From positions 1-38,421 of the forward strand of contig CALRDS010000002.1 of assembly GCA_943354975.1 (NCBI GenBank): a DNA stretch of 38,421 nucleotides, read 5' to 3'. Below the pieces are notes generated by a model. That model was not told the DNA's origin. It was given only the letters and a program-made list of their open reading frames with translations, and made no database searches. This DNA comes from Candidatus Nomurabacteria bacterium. GTDB taxonomy: Bacteria > Patescibacteriota > Minisyncoccia > Phycocordibacterales > UBA5272. A program made the position numbers and the translations under genes. Shown here one piece after another: positions 9,513 to 19,048 of the stretch. Each line of letters begins with the position of its first letter. The stretch's first letter is position 1.

Positions 9513-9716
9513 TTTTCGCAGTCCAAGTATTATGTGGATAACTTGTCGGAGAATATCAAGCGCGGTCATCGCCAAAAATTGAAGGATGGTATTTGGCCTC
9601 AAAACGCTCCTGTGGGGTATTTAAATGACAGCGACAAGAAAGTTATCATTCCAGACCCCGAACGTTCGCCATATATCAATAATGTGATATATTTCAATAG
9701 GTGGGATGTTTGGTAA
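9513..9716 (+). pseudogene. internal relic of a large serine recombinase ('Recombinase' domain start only)
   Basis: Open frame FSQSKYYVDNLSENIKRGHRQKLKDGIWPQNAPVGYLNDSDKKVIIPDPERSPYI resembles the segment that follows the resolvase catalytic domain in large serine recombinases. No catalytic N-terminus and no C-terminal zinc-ribbon or coiled-coil region is present in any frame. Confidence 0.55.
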
Positions 9717-9945
9717 CGGCGACCGAGGCGCTCCCGTATCCGCGTTTGGTGGTAGCTTTTGAGTCCGCGAACCACACACAACCGCCTTCGCATAGCCCGC
9801 TCGCTTCGCTCACGCCGGCTGCTTCGGCGTTGTGTGCGTTCGCTTGGTGGCTTCGGTAAAGTTTGGTGGTAATTCAAAGAATATGGATTGTGCTGGGCAC
9901 AAACAAATCTGTATGTGTTTGCCCCTCCCTCCCGTGCGCACACAA
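9717..9945. other. GC-rich self-complementary segment (candidate structured RNA or decayed element)
   Basis: The line 9781-9840 counts 40/60 G+C. The stem 9767-9786 / 9826-9843 has an alternative partner at 9936-9946 (CGCACACAAC). The 11-nt direct repeat GTTTGGTGGTA occurs at 9744 and 9861. A further hairpin lies at 9895-9924. Confidence 0.25.
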
Positions 9946-9989
9946 CAATCCCACCGTTTTTAGGAATCATTATAAAACGGCGGGGATTG
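9946..9989 (-). terminator. hairpin immediately after the yhhQ stop
   Basis: CAATCCCCGCCGTTTT / AAAACGGTGGGATTG (15-16 bp) starts 14 nt after the TAG at 10004. It is followed by TTGTGTG only, a weak U tract. Confidence 0.4.
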
Positions 9990-10003
9990 CTCCCTTGAAA
10001 CTG

Positions 10004-10723
10004 CTATTGGCGCAAGGCAAATGGATTGAAGTTTGTACCCTTGTCGTAGGTATCAAGACCTTCTTTGTGCTTAATAACCCGGATCACTTTTCTAGTGATT
10101 GGAAGTGCAATGATTTCCCAAGTTGTGCAAAAAACCACAGTAGATATTGTTAGCGGTATGATTTCAGCCGCCGTAAACCACCCAGCGAAATAAAAAGCTG
10201 TAAAGAAAGCGATGGTGTTATCTACTGTTTGTCCAAAAAAAGTTGATAGAACAAGTCTGGTGTTCAAAAACTTTCCTTTGGTAAGCACTTTCATTTTTGC
10301 CACAACGAATGAGTTTGTCAGTTCTCCGCAAAAGAACGCGACAATAAATCCGAGTGCGACAATCGGTGCCGCCTTGAAAATCAAATTGTACGCTTCGTTG
10401 TAGGCAAAATCAGGGTTAGGAACAATGCTATAAATGTATGCGAGTATAGAAGCAAGTAACATACAAGCAAATCCAGTCCACACAATTTTTCTGGTCACTC
10501 GGTATCCATACACTTCGGTGAAAATGTCGGCAAAGATATAAACAAACGGGTAAGCTATTGCGCCAACCGAGAAAACAAAACTACCGATATAAAAAGTTTT
10601 TAGCGAAGTGAATGTGCCGACAAGTAAAACTGTAACCCACAACATTCCAAAAACTCCAAGATATTTATGGTTCTGTTGAGCAGATAAACTGGGGTCAGTA
10701 ATTAGTTGTTGTTCTTGATTCAT
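10004..10723 (-). CDS. yhhQ: queuosine-precursor (preQ0/preQ1) transporter, YhhQ/DUF165 family
   Basis: Multi-TM protein of 239 aa with FADIFTEVYGYRVTRKIVWTGF and FGQTVDNTIAF, characteristic of YhhQ. Confidence 0.8.
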   Translation of the reverse strand: MNQEQQLITDPSLSAQQNHKYLGVFGMLWVTVLLVGTFTSLKTFYIGSFVFSVGAIAYPFVYIFADIFTEVYGYRVTRKIVWTGFACMLLASILAYIYSIVPNPDFAYNEAYNLIFKAAPIVALGFIVAFFCGELTNSFVVAKMKVLTKGKFLNTRLVLSTFFGQTVDNTIAFFTAFYFAGWFTAAEIIPLTISTVVFCTTWEIIALPITRKVIRVIKHKEGLDTYDKGTNFNPFALRQ

Positions 10724-10770
10724 ATATTTATATAATACTATTATTTTAATAATTCTTCCATTGGAACGCC

Positions 10771-11007
10771 CTATGGCTTGGTGATTTTAAACTTACTCTC
10801 TACATTCTCAAACAATTTGGTCAAATTATCTTTTGTCGTTGTATCCAAGCTTATTGAAGTTTCATTTTGGCAGGTTTCTAAAAATTTCTTTGCGAGAAAA
10901 ACTTTATCCAATTTACTCTTTTTCACATACTCCGAATTAGATTCGGTATAAGTTTTGCTCACATCGCCAAGTACGAAGGCTTTCACCTTGCCACGTTTCT
11001 CCTGCAC
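10771..11007 (-). CDS. doubtful small ORF (78 aa)
   Basis: The only start is GTG, 3 nt from the tRNA-Ser 3' end. No internal Met, no SD, no motif. Confidence 0.2.
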   Translation of the reverse strand: MQEKRGKVKAFVLGDVSKTYTESNSEYVKKSKLDKVFLAKKFLETCQNETSISLDTTTKDNLTKLFENVESKFKITKP

Positions 11008-11010
11008 AAA

Positions 11011-11098
11011 GCAGAGGGTACGGGATTCGAACCCGTGAAGGCTTTCACCTTACTACCTTTCCAAGGTAGCGCACTAAGCCGCTATGCGAACCCTCTGC
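11011..11098 (-). tRNA. tRNA-Ser (anticodon GGA), class II with long variable arm
   Basis: Reverse complement: GCAGAGGGTTCGCATAGCGGCTTAGTGCGCTACCTTGGAAAGGTAGTAAGGTGAAAGCCTTCACGGGTTCGAATCCCGTACCCTCTGC. Anticodon arm is CTACC-TTGGAAA-GGTAG, the T loop is GGTTCGAATCC, and the acceptor ends are complementary. CCA is not encoded. Confidence 0.9.
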
Positions 11099-11100
11099 TT

Positions 11101-11189
11101 TATCCAGGATTGCGATTTCAAAAGACTAAGTACAGTCTAAGAAATCGGGAACAATGTACATACACTAAACCGCTATGCGACGTCTCCAC
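11101..11189 (-). other. tRNA-Ser 5'-half-like fragment fused to a non-tRNA stem-loop
   Basis: 11163-11180 matches the tRNA-Ser D-arm region (11072-11089) at 17 of 18 nt. There is no matching 3' acceptor strand or T arm. Instead a 7-bp stem (CGATTTC/GAAATCG, 11113-11119 / 11141-11147) encloses the hairpin AGACT-6nt-AGTCT. Confidence 0.3.
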
Positions 11190-11262
11190 ATATGATTTTG
11201 TAAACAAAATTATTAGGTGAACATTTTTTACAAAATGTTTTAGCTAAATAAATTTTAACACA

Positions 11263-11502
11263 TTATTTCTTACCTTTTTCAGAGGGTATTTTCCCCTCCG
11301 GGATTTTAACATAATCATGTTTCTTTTCTGTAAAGTAGTAGATAATAGCTCCGAGAATTGGTAATCCAAATATTAAAACAATCCACCAAAATTTATCTTG
11401 CTTGGCTGCATCTACTATCATCCATATTAAAAAAGCCAATAAAATTGCATAGAGAAAAAATACTACCCCTATTAAAATAATACTTACTACAGTTCCTGTC
11501 AT
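11263..11502 (-). CDS. PLDc_N-domain small membrane protein
   Basis: IWMIVDAAKQDKFWWIVLIFGLPILGAIIYYF is the typical PLD-nuclease-N-terminal (PF13396-like) two-TM motif. Confidence 0.7.
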   Translation of the reverse strand: MTGTVVSIILIGVVFFLYAILLAFLIWMIVDAAKQDKFWWIVLIFGLPILGAIIYYFTEKKHDYVKIPEGKIPSEKGKK

Positions 11503-11533
11503 ACTAAATGATAGTATAGCAAATTATAAATAC

Positions 11534-12454
11534 TTAGTCCCCTAACTCTCTTCCATTCAAAAGCTTTTTTATTCTCTCCTCAACTGGTGGATGCGTCATG
11601 AATAACTTTGCTACCCAAGAAACTTTATTATGATTATGGTGCTCGTCTTTTTTACCATTTAATCCAGTTGGGTCAGAAATATAAAGATGTGCAATAGCAT
11701 TGCTCTGTACACGCATTGGTTGATGGAAATTATTAATCTTCTGAAGTGCTGAAGCAAGTGCTTCTGGGTAACGAGTGATAAGTGCGCCAGTAGCATCAGC
11801 TAAAAATTCACGCTCTCGTGACACTGCTAACTTTATTATAGTAGCTGCGATTGGTGCCAAGATTATTGTAAGTATTCCTAAAATTAAAAATATCGGATTC
11901 TTTCTATCATCTCGCCCAATAGATGAAGTGTGCATTGCTAGATTCGCAACGAAAGTTATCAAACCTGCAAATACAACCACCACAGTCTGTACCAACATAT
12001 CTCTATTACCAATGTGAGAAAGTTCATGAGCAAGGACACCTTCAAGCTCAGACTTTGTAAGTAACGGCAACAATCCTGTAGTAACTGCAACTACAGAATG
12101 GTTTTTATCACGCCCTGCAGCGAATGCGTTAGGGGCTGGATCATTAATTATATAAAGTTTAGGCATTGGAAGTCCTGCTGTTATACATAGATTCTCCATA
12201 GTGTTCCAAAGTTCTGGATAATCATTTTTAGATTCTATTCTTTTAGCGTGAGCCATCGAAAGAACTATTTTATCGGAAAACCAGTACGCAGAAATGTTCA
12301 ACAACAAACTTATAACAAATGCACCGTACAAAAGATTTGGATTTCCATATACATATGACAAAATAAATCCCAGAATAATAATTCCAAGGAGAAATCCTGT
12401 CATCAGGAACCACGTCTTACGTATATTAGATGATTGATGTGTATACAGGGTCAT
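11534..12454 (-). CDS. htpX: M48 zinc metalloprotease HtpX
   Basis: HELSHIGNRD (HExxH) motif, four TM segments, and a C-terminal THPPVEERI motif. Confidence 0.92.
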   Translation of the reverse strand: MTLYTHQSSNIRKTWFLMTGFLLGIIILGFILSYVYGNPNLLYGAFVISLLLNISAYWFSDKIVLSMAHAKRIESKNDYPELWNTMENLCITAGLPMPKLYIINDPAPNAFAAGRDKNHSVVAVTTGLLPLLTKSELEGVLAHELSHIGNRDMLVQTVVVVFAGLITFVANLAMHTSSIGRDDRKNPIFLILGILTIILAPIAATIIKLAVSREREFLADATGALITRYPEALASALQKINNFHQPMRVQSNAIAHLYISDPTGLNGKKDEHHNHNKVSWVAKLFMTHPPVEERIKKLLNGRELGD

Positions 12455-12494
12455 AAAGTTTATAAAGTCCTTTAAAGTCTATAAAGTGAATACA
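12455..12494 (-). promoter_or_regulatory. htpX leader: four ACTTT repeats abutting the ATG
   Basis: Plus-strand AAAGT at 12455, 12464, 12474 and 12483 (spacings 9/10/9), then GAAT. The first 14 nt are identical to the prfA leader at 30861-30874. Confidence 0.4.
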
Positions 12495-12517
12495 TTATTT
12501 TACTTTCTACTTAATGG

Positions 12518-13078
12518 TTAAAACTTAACCTTCACTGGATTCCTAGCTTCACTCTCTCCTTCAGTAAGTTCAAAAAATTCAGATTCTTTAAATGAAAACA
12601 TATTGGCGAATATATTTGTTGGAACTATTTGTATCTTTGTGTTGTATTCAGATACTACTCCGTTATAGAAACGTCGTGCAGATTGAATTTTATTTTCTGT
12701 ATCAGATAGTTCATTCTGAAGTGAAATAAAATTTTGGTTAGATTTCAAATCTGGGTAACTCTCTGCTAATGCAAAAAATCCACCAAGAGCTGATTTCATA
12801 GCGATATCTGCCTGACCTACTTCTGTTGGAGTGTGGGCTTTCATCCCTTTAGTGCGAGCAGCGATAACTTTTTCAAGTGTATCTGATTCAAAATTTGTAG
12901 ACCCCTTCACAGTTTCTATCAAATTAGGAATAAGATCGAAACGACGTTTAAGTTGAATGTCTATATCTGCCCATGCCTCTTTTACGCGCATACGAGCAGC
13001 GATAAGCCCGTTATAAATTCCAACAATAACGACAACCAATAATACAGCTAAACCGATCAAAATATAAGTTAATGTCAT
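12518..13078 (-). CDS. lemA: LemA family protein
   Basis: N-terminal TM followed by RMRVKEAWADIDIQLKRRFDLIPNL...ARRFYNGVV..YN, the LemA signature. Confidence 0.9.
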   Translation of the reverse strand: MTLTYILIGLAVLLVVVIVGIYNGLIAARMRVKEAWADIDIQLKRRFDLIPNLIETVKGSTNFESDTLEKVIAARTKGMKAHTPTEVGQADIAMKSALGGFFALAESYPDLKSNQNFISLQNELSDTENKIQSARRFYNGVVSEYNTKIQIVPTNIFANMFSFKESEFFELTEGESEARNPVKVKF

Positions 13079-13210
13079 AGATAAAAATTAATTCGACTTG
13101 CCAAATTATTTCTTTCGTGTCATTCGGTGCTCTTGGCAAGCGGTCACTTCATATTACAAAATAAGCGGACTAAGTCAAGCAAGTTACTCTAATAAATATG
13201 GACTCAAAAC

Positions 13211-13239
13211 TCCACAAAAGCTTTATTTTCTGATACTAT
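13211..13239 (+). promoter_or_regulatory. candidate thrS promoter
   Basis: TCCACA (13211-13216), 17-nt spacer, TGA-TACTAT (13234-13239). The -10 box is 3 nt from the first ATG and 9 nt from the second ATG (13249). Confidence 0.4.
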
Positions 13240-13242
13240 TAT

Positions 13243-15009
13243 ATGACTATGGGACATAAATCAGACCACTCAGAATTGTTCAAAATTCGCCACTCTTTGG
13301 CACATATTCTCTTGATGGCTATAAAGCATCATTTCCCGCACGCTCTACCTACAATAGGCCCTGTTACAGACAACGGATTCTATTACGACCTAGACTTTGT
13401 GGATGGTGTAAAAATCGGAGCTGAGGATTTGAAAAAAGTGGAGGACACGATGCGAGACATTATAAAGAAGCATTTGGATTTCAAGGTAGAAACAGTGACT
13501 GCAGACCAAGCCCACACACTATTTGCACTTAATCCTTTTAAGTTAGAAATCATAGATGACATCGCTAAAGGAGATGAAGAAGTGACTATATATAGAACTG
13601 GGGAGGATTTTTATGATTTATGTGAAGGACCTCATGTAAAAAACACTAAAGAAATTCCAACTGATGCATTTATGCTTTCTCATATTGCTGGAGCATATTG
13701 GAGAGGAAATGAGAACAAGGCCATGCTTACACGTATTTATGGAATAGCATTTGAATCTAAAAAAGAATTAGATGCTTATATAACGCAGCAAGAAGAAGCA
13801 AAGAAGAGAGACCATAGAATCATCGGGGCTCAACTTAAACTTTTTACAGTTTCTCCCCTTGTCGGTCCGGGGCTTCCACTTATGCAACCACGTGGAATGA
13901 TTATACGAGAAGAAATCGAAGATTATCTTTGGAGTTTACACAAGAAAAAAGGATACTCGAGAGTTTGGACACCGCACATTGCAAAGCTAGCACTGTATGA
14001 AAAGTCAGGTCACGCAGAAAAGTTTGGAGATGAACTTTTCAGAGTCCAAGGTAAAGAAGACAAGTTTATTCTGAAGCCGATGAATTGCCCTCATCACATG
14101 CAGATATTTGCTGATAATCAATTTTCATATAAAGACATGCCTGTTAGGTACTTTGAACCAGCAACAGTTTATCGTGATGAAAAATCAGGCCAACTAGGGG
14201 GACTTACTCGAGTGCGCGCCATCACCCAAGATGATGGGCATCTATTTTGTAGACCAGAACAATTAGGAGAAGAAATCAAAACTATTGTAGATATCATAAA
14301 AGAATTCTATACAACTATGGGTATGATGGATAGTTACTGGGTGCGACTTTCTCTTCGTGGAGATGATAAGAGTAAATATTTAGGAAGTGATGATGTTTGG
14401 GAAAAAGCAGAGGGGGCTCTTACTGAAATATGTAAGGAACAAAATCTTCCATACAAAGCTGAGCGTGATGAGGCAACATTTTATGGACCAAAATTAGACT
14501 TCATGTTTAAAGATGCAATCGGTCGCGAGTGGCAACTAGCAACTATTCAGTGTGATTTCAATTTACCAGAACGGTTTGATTTATCATATATAAATTCTGA
14601 AGGTAAAAAAGAACGTCCTGTGGTTATACATCGCGCGATTTCAGGGGCACTCGAAAGATTCATGGGTGTGATGATTGAACACTATGCTGGAAACTTCCCA
14701 CTTTGGTTATCACCAAACCAAATTACAATTCTCCCAATTGCTGATAAACATAACGAATACGCTGAAACTGTTTTATCAGAACTGAGCGATGCAGACATTC
14801 GTGTTGAGTTAGACAATAGCAGAGAAGGTCTTGGTAAAAAGATTCGTAATACTCGTGAAATGAAAACTCCATACTGGGCAGTTATTGGAGACGCAGAAGT
14901 TGAAAATAAAACTATAACACTCGAACATAGAACTGAAGGAAAAATCGGAGAAATGAAAGTAGGAGAATTAGTAGAAAAATTGACAGGAGAAATAAAAGAA
15001 AAGAAGTAA
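13243..15009 (+). CDS. thrS: threonine--tRNA ligase lacking the N-terminal TGS domain
   Basis: Starts in the editing domain (HSLAHILLMAIKHHFP..IGPVTDNGFYYDLDF). Class II motifs (FRVQGKEDKFILKPMNCPHH, TRVRAITQDDGHLF) and an anticodon-binding C-terminus are present. The real start may be ATG 13249. Confidence 0.95.
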   Translation: MTMGHKSDHSELFKIRHSLAHILLMAIKHHFPHALPTIGPVTDNGFYYDLDFVDGVKIGAEDLKKVEDTMRDIIKKHLDFKVETVTADQAHTLFALNPFKLEIIDDIAKGDEEVTIYRTGEDFYDLCEGPHVKNTKEIPTDAFMLSHIAGAYWRGNENKAMLTRIYGIAFESKKELDAYITQQEEAKKRDHRIIGAQLKLFTVSPLVGPGLPLMQPRGMIIREEIEDYLWSLHKKKGYSRVWTPHIAKLALYEKSGHAEKFGDELFRVQGKEDKFILKPMNCPHHMQIFADNQFSYKDMPVRYFEPATVYRDEKSGQLGGLTRVRAITQDDGHLFCRPEQLGEEIKTIVDIIKEFYTTMGMMDSYWVRLSLRGDDKSKYLGSDDVWEKAEGALTEICKEQNLPYKAERDEATFYGPKLDFMFKDAIGREWQLATIQCDFNLPERFDLSYINSEGKKERPVVIHRAISGALERFMGVMIEHYAGNFPLWLSPNQITILPIADKHNEYAETVLSELSDADIRVELDNSREGLGKKIRNTREMKTPYWAVIGDAEVENKTITLEHRTEGKIGEMKVGELVEKLTGEIKEKK

Positions 15010-15012
15010 TTT

Positions 15013-15738
15013 ATGTTCGAAAATATAAGAAATAAAATAGAAGATTCAAATAGGGAAAAGGCTGGTGAAATAATTTTAGACAGAAATATTGTAAAATTTT
15101 TAGAAGAAAAATATAAAAATAGACATCCTGAAAACGAGGACGTTAGATTTCGCCTGTCAGAATATTTTGATGACTTGGAATTAAGACCGGAGCTACTACA
15201 AAACAAAACAGCTCTTGACCTTGGCAGCAATGAACACTTCTTTGATGAATATTGTAAAGAAAAATATAATACTCATTTTGTTGCCCTTGATAATGAAGGT
15301 ATCAAACTTGGCGCGAAGCACGCCATGGGTATCATCTCTGATGCAAAACAACTTCCTTTTAAGGATGAGTCTTTTGACTTAATCATTTCACATGCCGCTA
15401 TGCCTCACATTTTGATTGATTTTGAAAAAGAAATGATTGAGAAAGGAATATTAACTAAAAAAACAGAAAAAGCGTTGACTCAAAGTCTTTTAGAATTTTT
15501 TAGAGAAGTCTATCGAACAGTCAAACAAAAGGGCCAAATAAGACTAAGCACCTTTTGTATAAAAGAAGAGTACATGACTAAACTATCTAAAGATAAGAGA
15601 AAAAGTTTACTGTATCAATATCAATTGTTAAGAATAAAATTGATGAAAGTAGCCTTAGAAACACTAGAAAAAGAAAATGGGGCGAAATGTATATTTAAGG
15701 ATGAAGAAAAAGGCGGGCTAATTATAATAATGAAATAA
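15013..15738 (+). CDS. class I SAM-dependent methyltransferase (putative)
   Basis: ALDLGSNEHFF (degenerate motif I) and DESFDLIISHAAMPHI (motif-III-like) fit Methyltransf_11-like spacing. Starts 3 nt after the thrS stop. Confidence 0.5.
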   Translation: MFENIRNKIEDSNREKAGEIILDRNIVKFLEEKYKNRHPENEDVRFRLSEYFDDLELRPELLQNKTALDLGSNEHFFDEYCKEKYNTHFVALDNEGIKLGAKHAMGIISDAKQLPFKDESFDLIISHAAMPHILIDFEKEMIEKGILTKKTEKALTQSLLEFFREVYRTVKQKGQIRLSTFCIKEEYMTKLSKDKRKSLLYQYQLLRIKLMKVALETLEKENGAKCIFKDEEKGGLIIIMK

Positions 15739-15740
15739 AA

Positions 15741-15764
15741 AGCCGGTCCGAAGACTGGCTTTTT
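15741..15764. terminator. bidirectional intrinsic terminator
   Basis: AAAA-AGCCGGTC-cgaa-GACTGGCT-TTTT: an 8-bp stem (one G.U) and tetraloop, with A and T runs on both sides. Confidence 0.7.
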
Positions 15765-16035
15765 CAACCCTAGCTCTTGTAGGGATCAGAGTTGTTGAGA
15801 CTCCATACCCCTTTGTGATGCCATCTCCTCCTCGGTATACCGTGATGGCTGCTGTGCCATTTGATGAACCAGAGGCTGGACAACGGGAGTTTGATACTGC
15901 AGCGGCGGGCGGTAGCTACTGAAGGCGCGCCACTGGCGTCCTTCAAAGACACGGGCTTCGTCATCATAAAGATCAATCCTCGTTTTTGACTCGGACCGCC
16001 ACTATAACATGAAAAAAATATTAAACCAAGTCTAC

Positions 16036-18178
<2,143 letters not shown>

Positions 18179-18215
18179 GACTTTTATGTTGTAATAATCT
18201 CTAAAAAACCCTTTA

Positions 18216-18244
18216 TTGACAAAGCTTAATAAAGAATGTAGAGT
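18216..18244 (+). promoter_or_regulatory. candidate promoter of the 18299 gene
   Basis: TTGACA (18216-18221), 17 nt, TAGAGT (18239-18244). The leader of about 48 nt ends in GGAG-ataacc-ATG. Confidence 0.45.
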
Positions 18245-18298
18245 GATTGAGAACCCTGTTGCTTTAGGTAAATTAAAACTCTAACTTTGGAGATAACC

Positions 18299-18919
18299 AT
18301 GCCTTATTTTCCGACGGTAACAAACAAGATTTTTTCCGGTCTTGTGACTATCACTGGATACGGTGCCATTAGGGATGAAAACGGGGAGATCTTGGATTTA
18401 TCACTGTCTAACTGGCAATATAGAAATTTTGAAAAAATAATGAGAATCATTACACTCCATGCACCTAGTCGAGATGTTTTTTCTCCACAGTACACATTTG
18501 ATAAGAAAGTAGTGCGGCCTCCTAGCTTCACAAAAACTCCGCGAAAACTCGATGGCACATCACTGTTTCGTGGCAAAGAAGGTGATGGTGTTGTTTTGAC
18601 ACATAGAGGAACTGCGGCAGCTTTTTCTTATACGAATTGTGCAGCTGTCGTCGTAAAATATCTTGACCAAAAAGATTCCCTATCCGTAGTCGCAGCTGTA
18701 GTTAGGAAGAATAGAGAAAATAGCGAAACGGTTGTGGAAACGATACTTGGTGATATTCCAAGACGTCACCGTAAGGAGACAGAAGTTTGGATTGGAATTG
18801 CTCCACGCGTTGAAATCTATGAACTAGTACGAAAGCAATTCTCTACACATGGAGTGTGGATAGGAAACATAAAAGGAGACAATGCCAACACCATCGAAGA
18901 TAAAAAAATGGAGAACTGA
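18299..18919 (+). CDS. hypothetical protein, possibly a divergent YfiH/PgeF (DUF152)-like fold
   Basis: ATG 18299 has an SD (the track start at 18287 is TTG). By eye the motif order parallels E. coli YfiH: LDLSLSN ~ SLNLG, TLHAP ~ QVHG, RGTAAAFSYTNCAAV ~ PGTVCAVMTADCLPV, VVAAVVRKN ~ VAAVHAGWRG, IGIAPRVEIYELVRKQF ~ IGPRAFEVGGEVREAF. The second catalytic His is absent. GC-elevated (47% in line 18541-18600). Confidence 0.6.
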   Translation: MPYFPTVTNKIFSGLVTITGYGAIRDENGEILDLSLSNWQYRNFEKIMRIITLHAPSRDVFSPQYTFDKKVVRPPSFTKTPRKLDGTSLFRGKEGDGVVLTHRGTAAAFSYTNCAAVVVKYLDQKDSLSVVAAVVRKNRENSETVVETILGDIPRRHRKETEVWIGIAPRVEIYELVRKQFSTHGVWIGNIKGDNANTIEDKKMEN

Positions 18920-18977
18920 TGTGGCATCGAAATTCTAAAATGGAAAACCTAGTTATAATCAACCGAAATGATTAACA

Positions 18978-19003
18978 ATGGGGCCGAAAGGTCTCATTTT
19001 TTT
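18978..19003 (+). terminator. intrinsic terminator
   Basis: ATGGGGCC-gaaa-GGTCTCAT followed by TTTTTT. Confidence 0.65.
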
Positions 19004-19048
19004 GTCCCTCTTTGGATAAAAACCATCGACTTCAACTAAAAGGGTAGC

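Noticed and set aside
9375-9991. 9-bp inverted match AGCAATCCC (9375-9383) / GGGATTGCT (9983-9991) as possible terminal inverted repeats of a 620-bp element
   Set aside because: The right copy is part of the yhhQ terminator hairpin, and the match is only 9 bp with no flanking direct repeat. Chance cannot be excluded.
9599-10153. ORFs 9599-9970 (-) and 9863-10153 (+) across the GC-rich segment
   Set aside because: The translations are Arg/Ser/Cys-rich and non-protein-like. They overlap hairpins and the yhhQ 3' end and lack start signals, so they are by-products of high GC (few stop codons).
13097-13140. 8-bp stem CTTGCCAA...TTGGCAAG upstream of thrS as a possible T-box or thrS operator
   Set aside because: There is no T-box consensus or specifier-loop architecture, and the region is too short. 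It lies upstream of the predicted thrS promoter, so it is more likely part of the lemA 5' region or incidental.
14682-15230. 182-aa Ser-rich minus-strand ORF overlapping the thrS 3' end and the methyltransferase 5' end
   Set aside because: It is antisense to two well-supported genes and gives a low-complexity S/F/L-rich translation. Shadow ORF.
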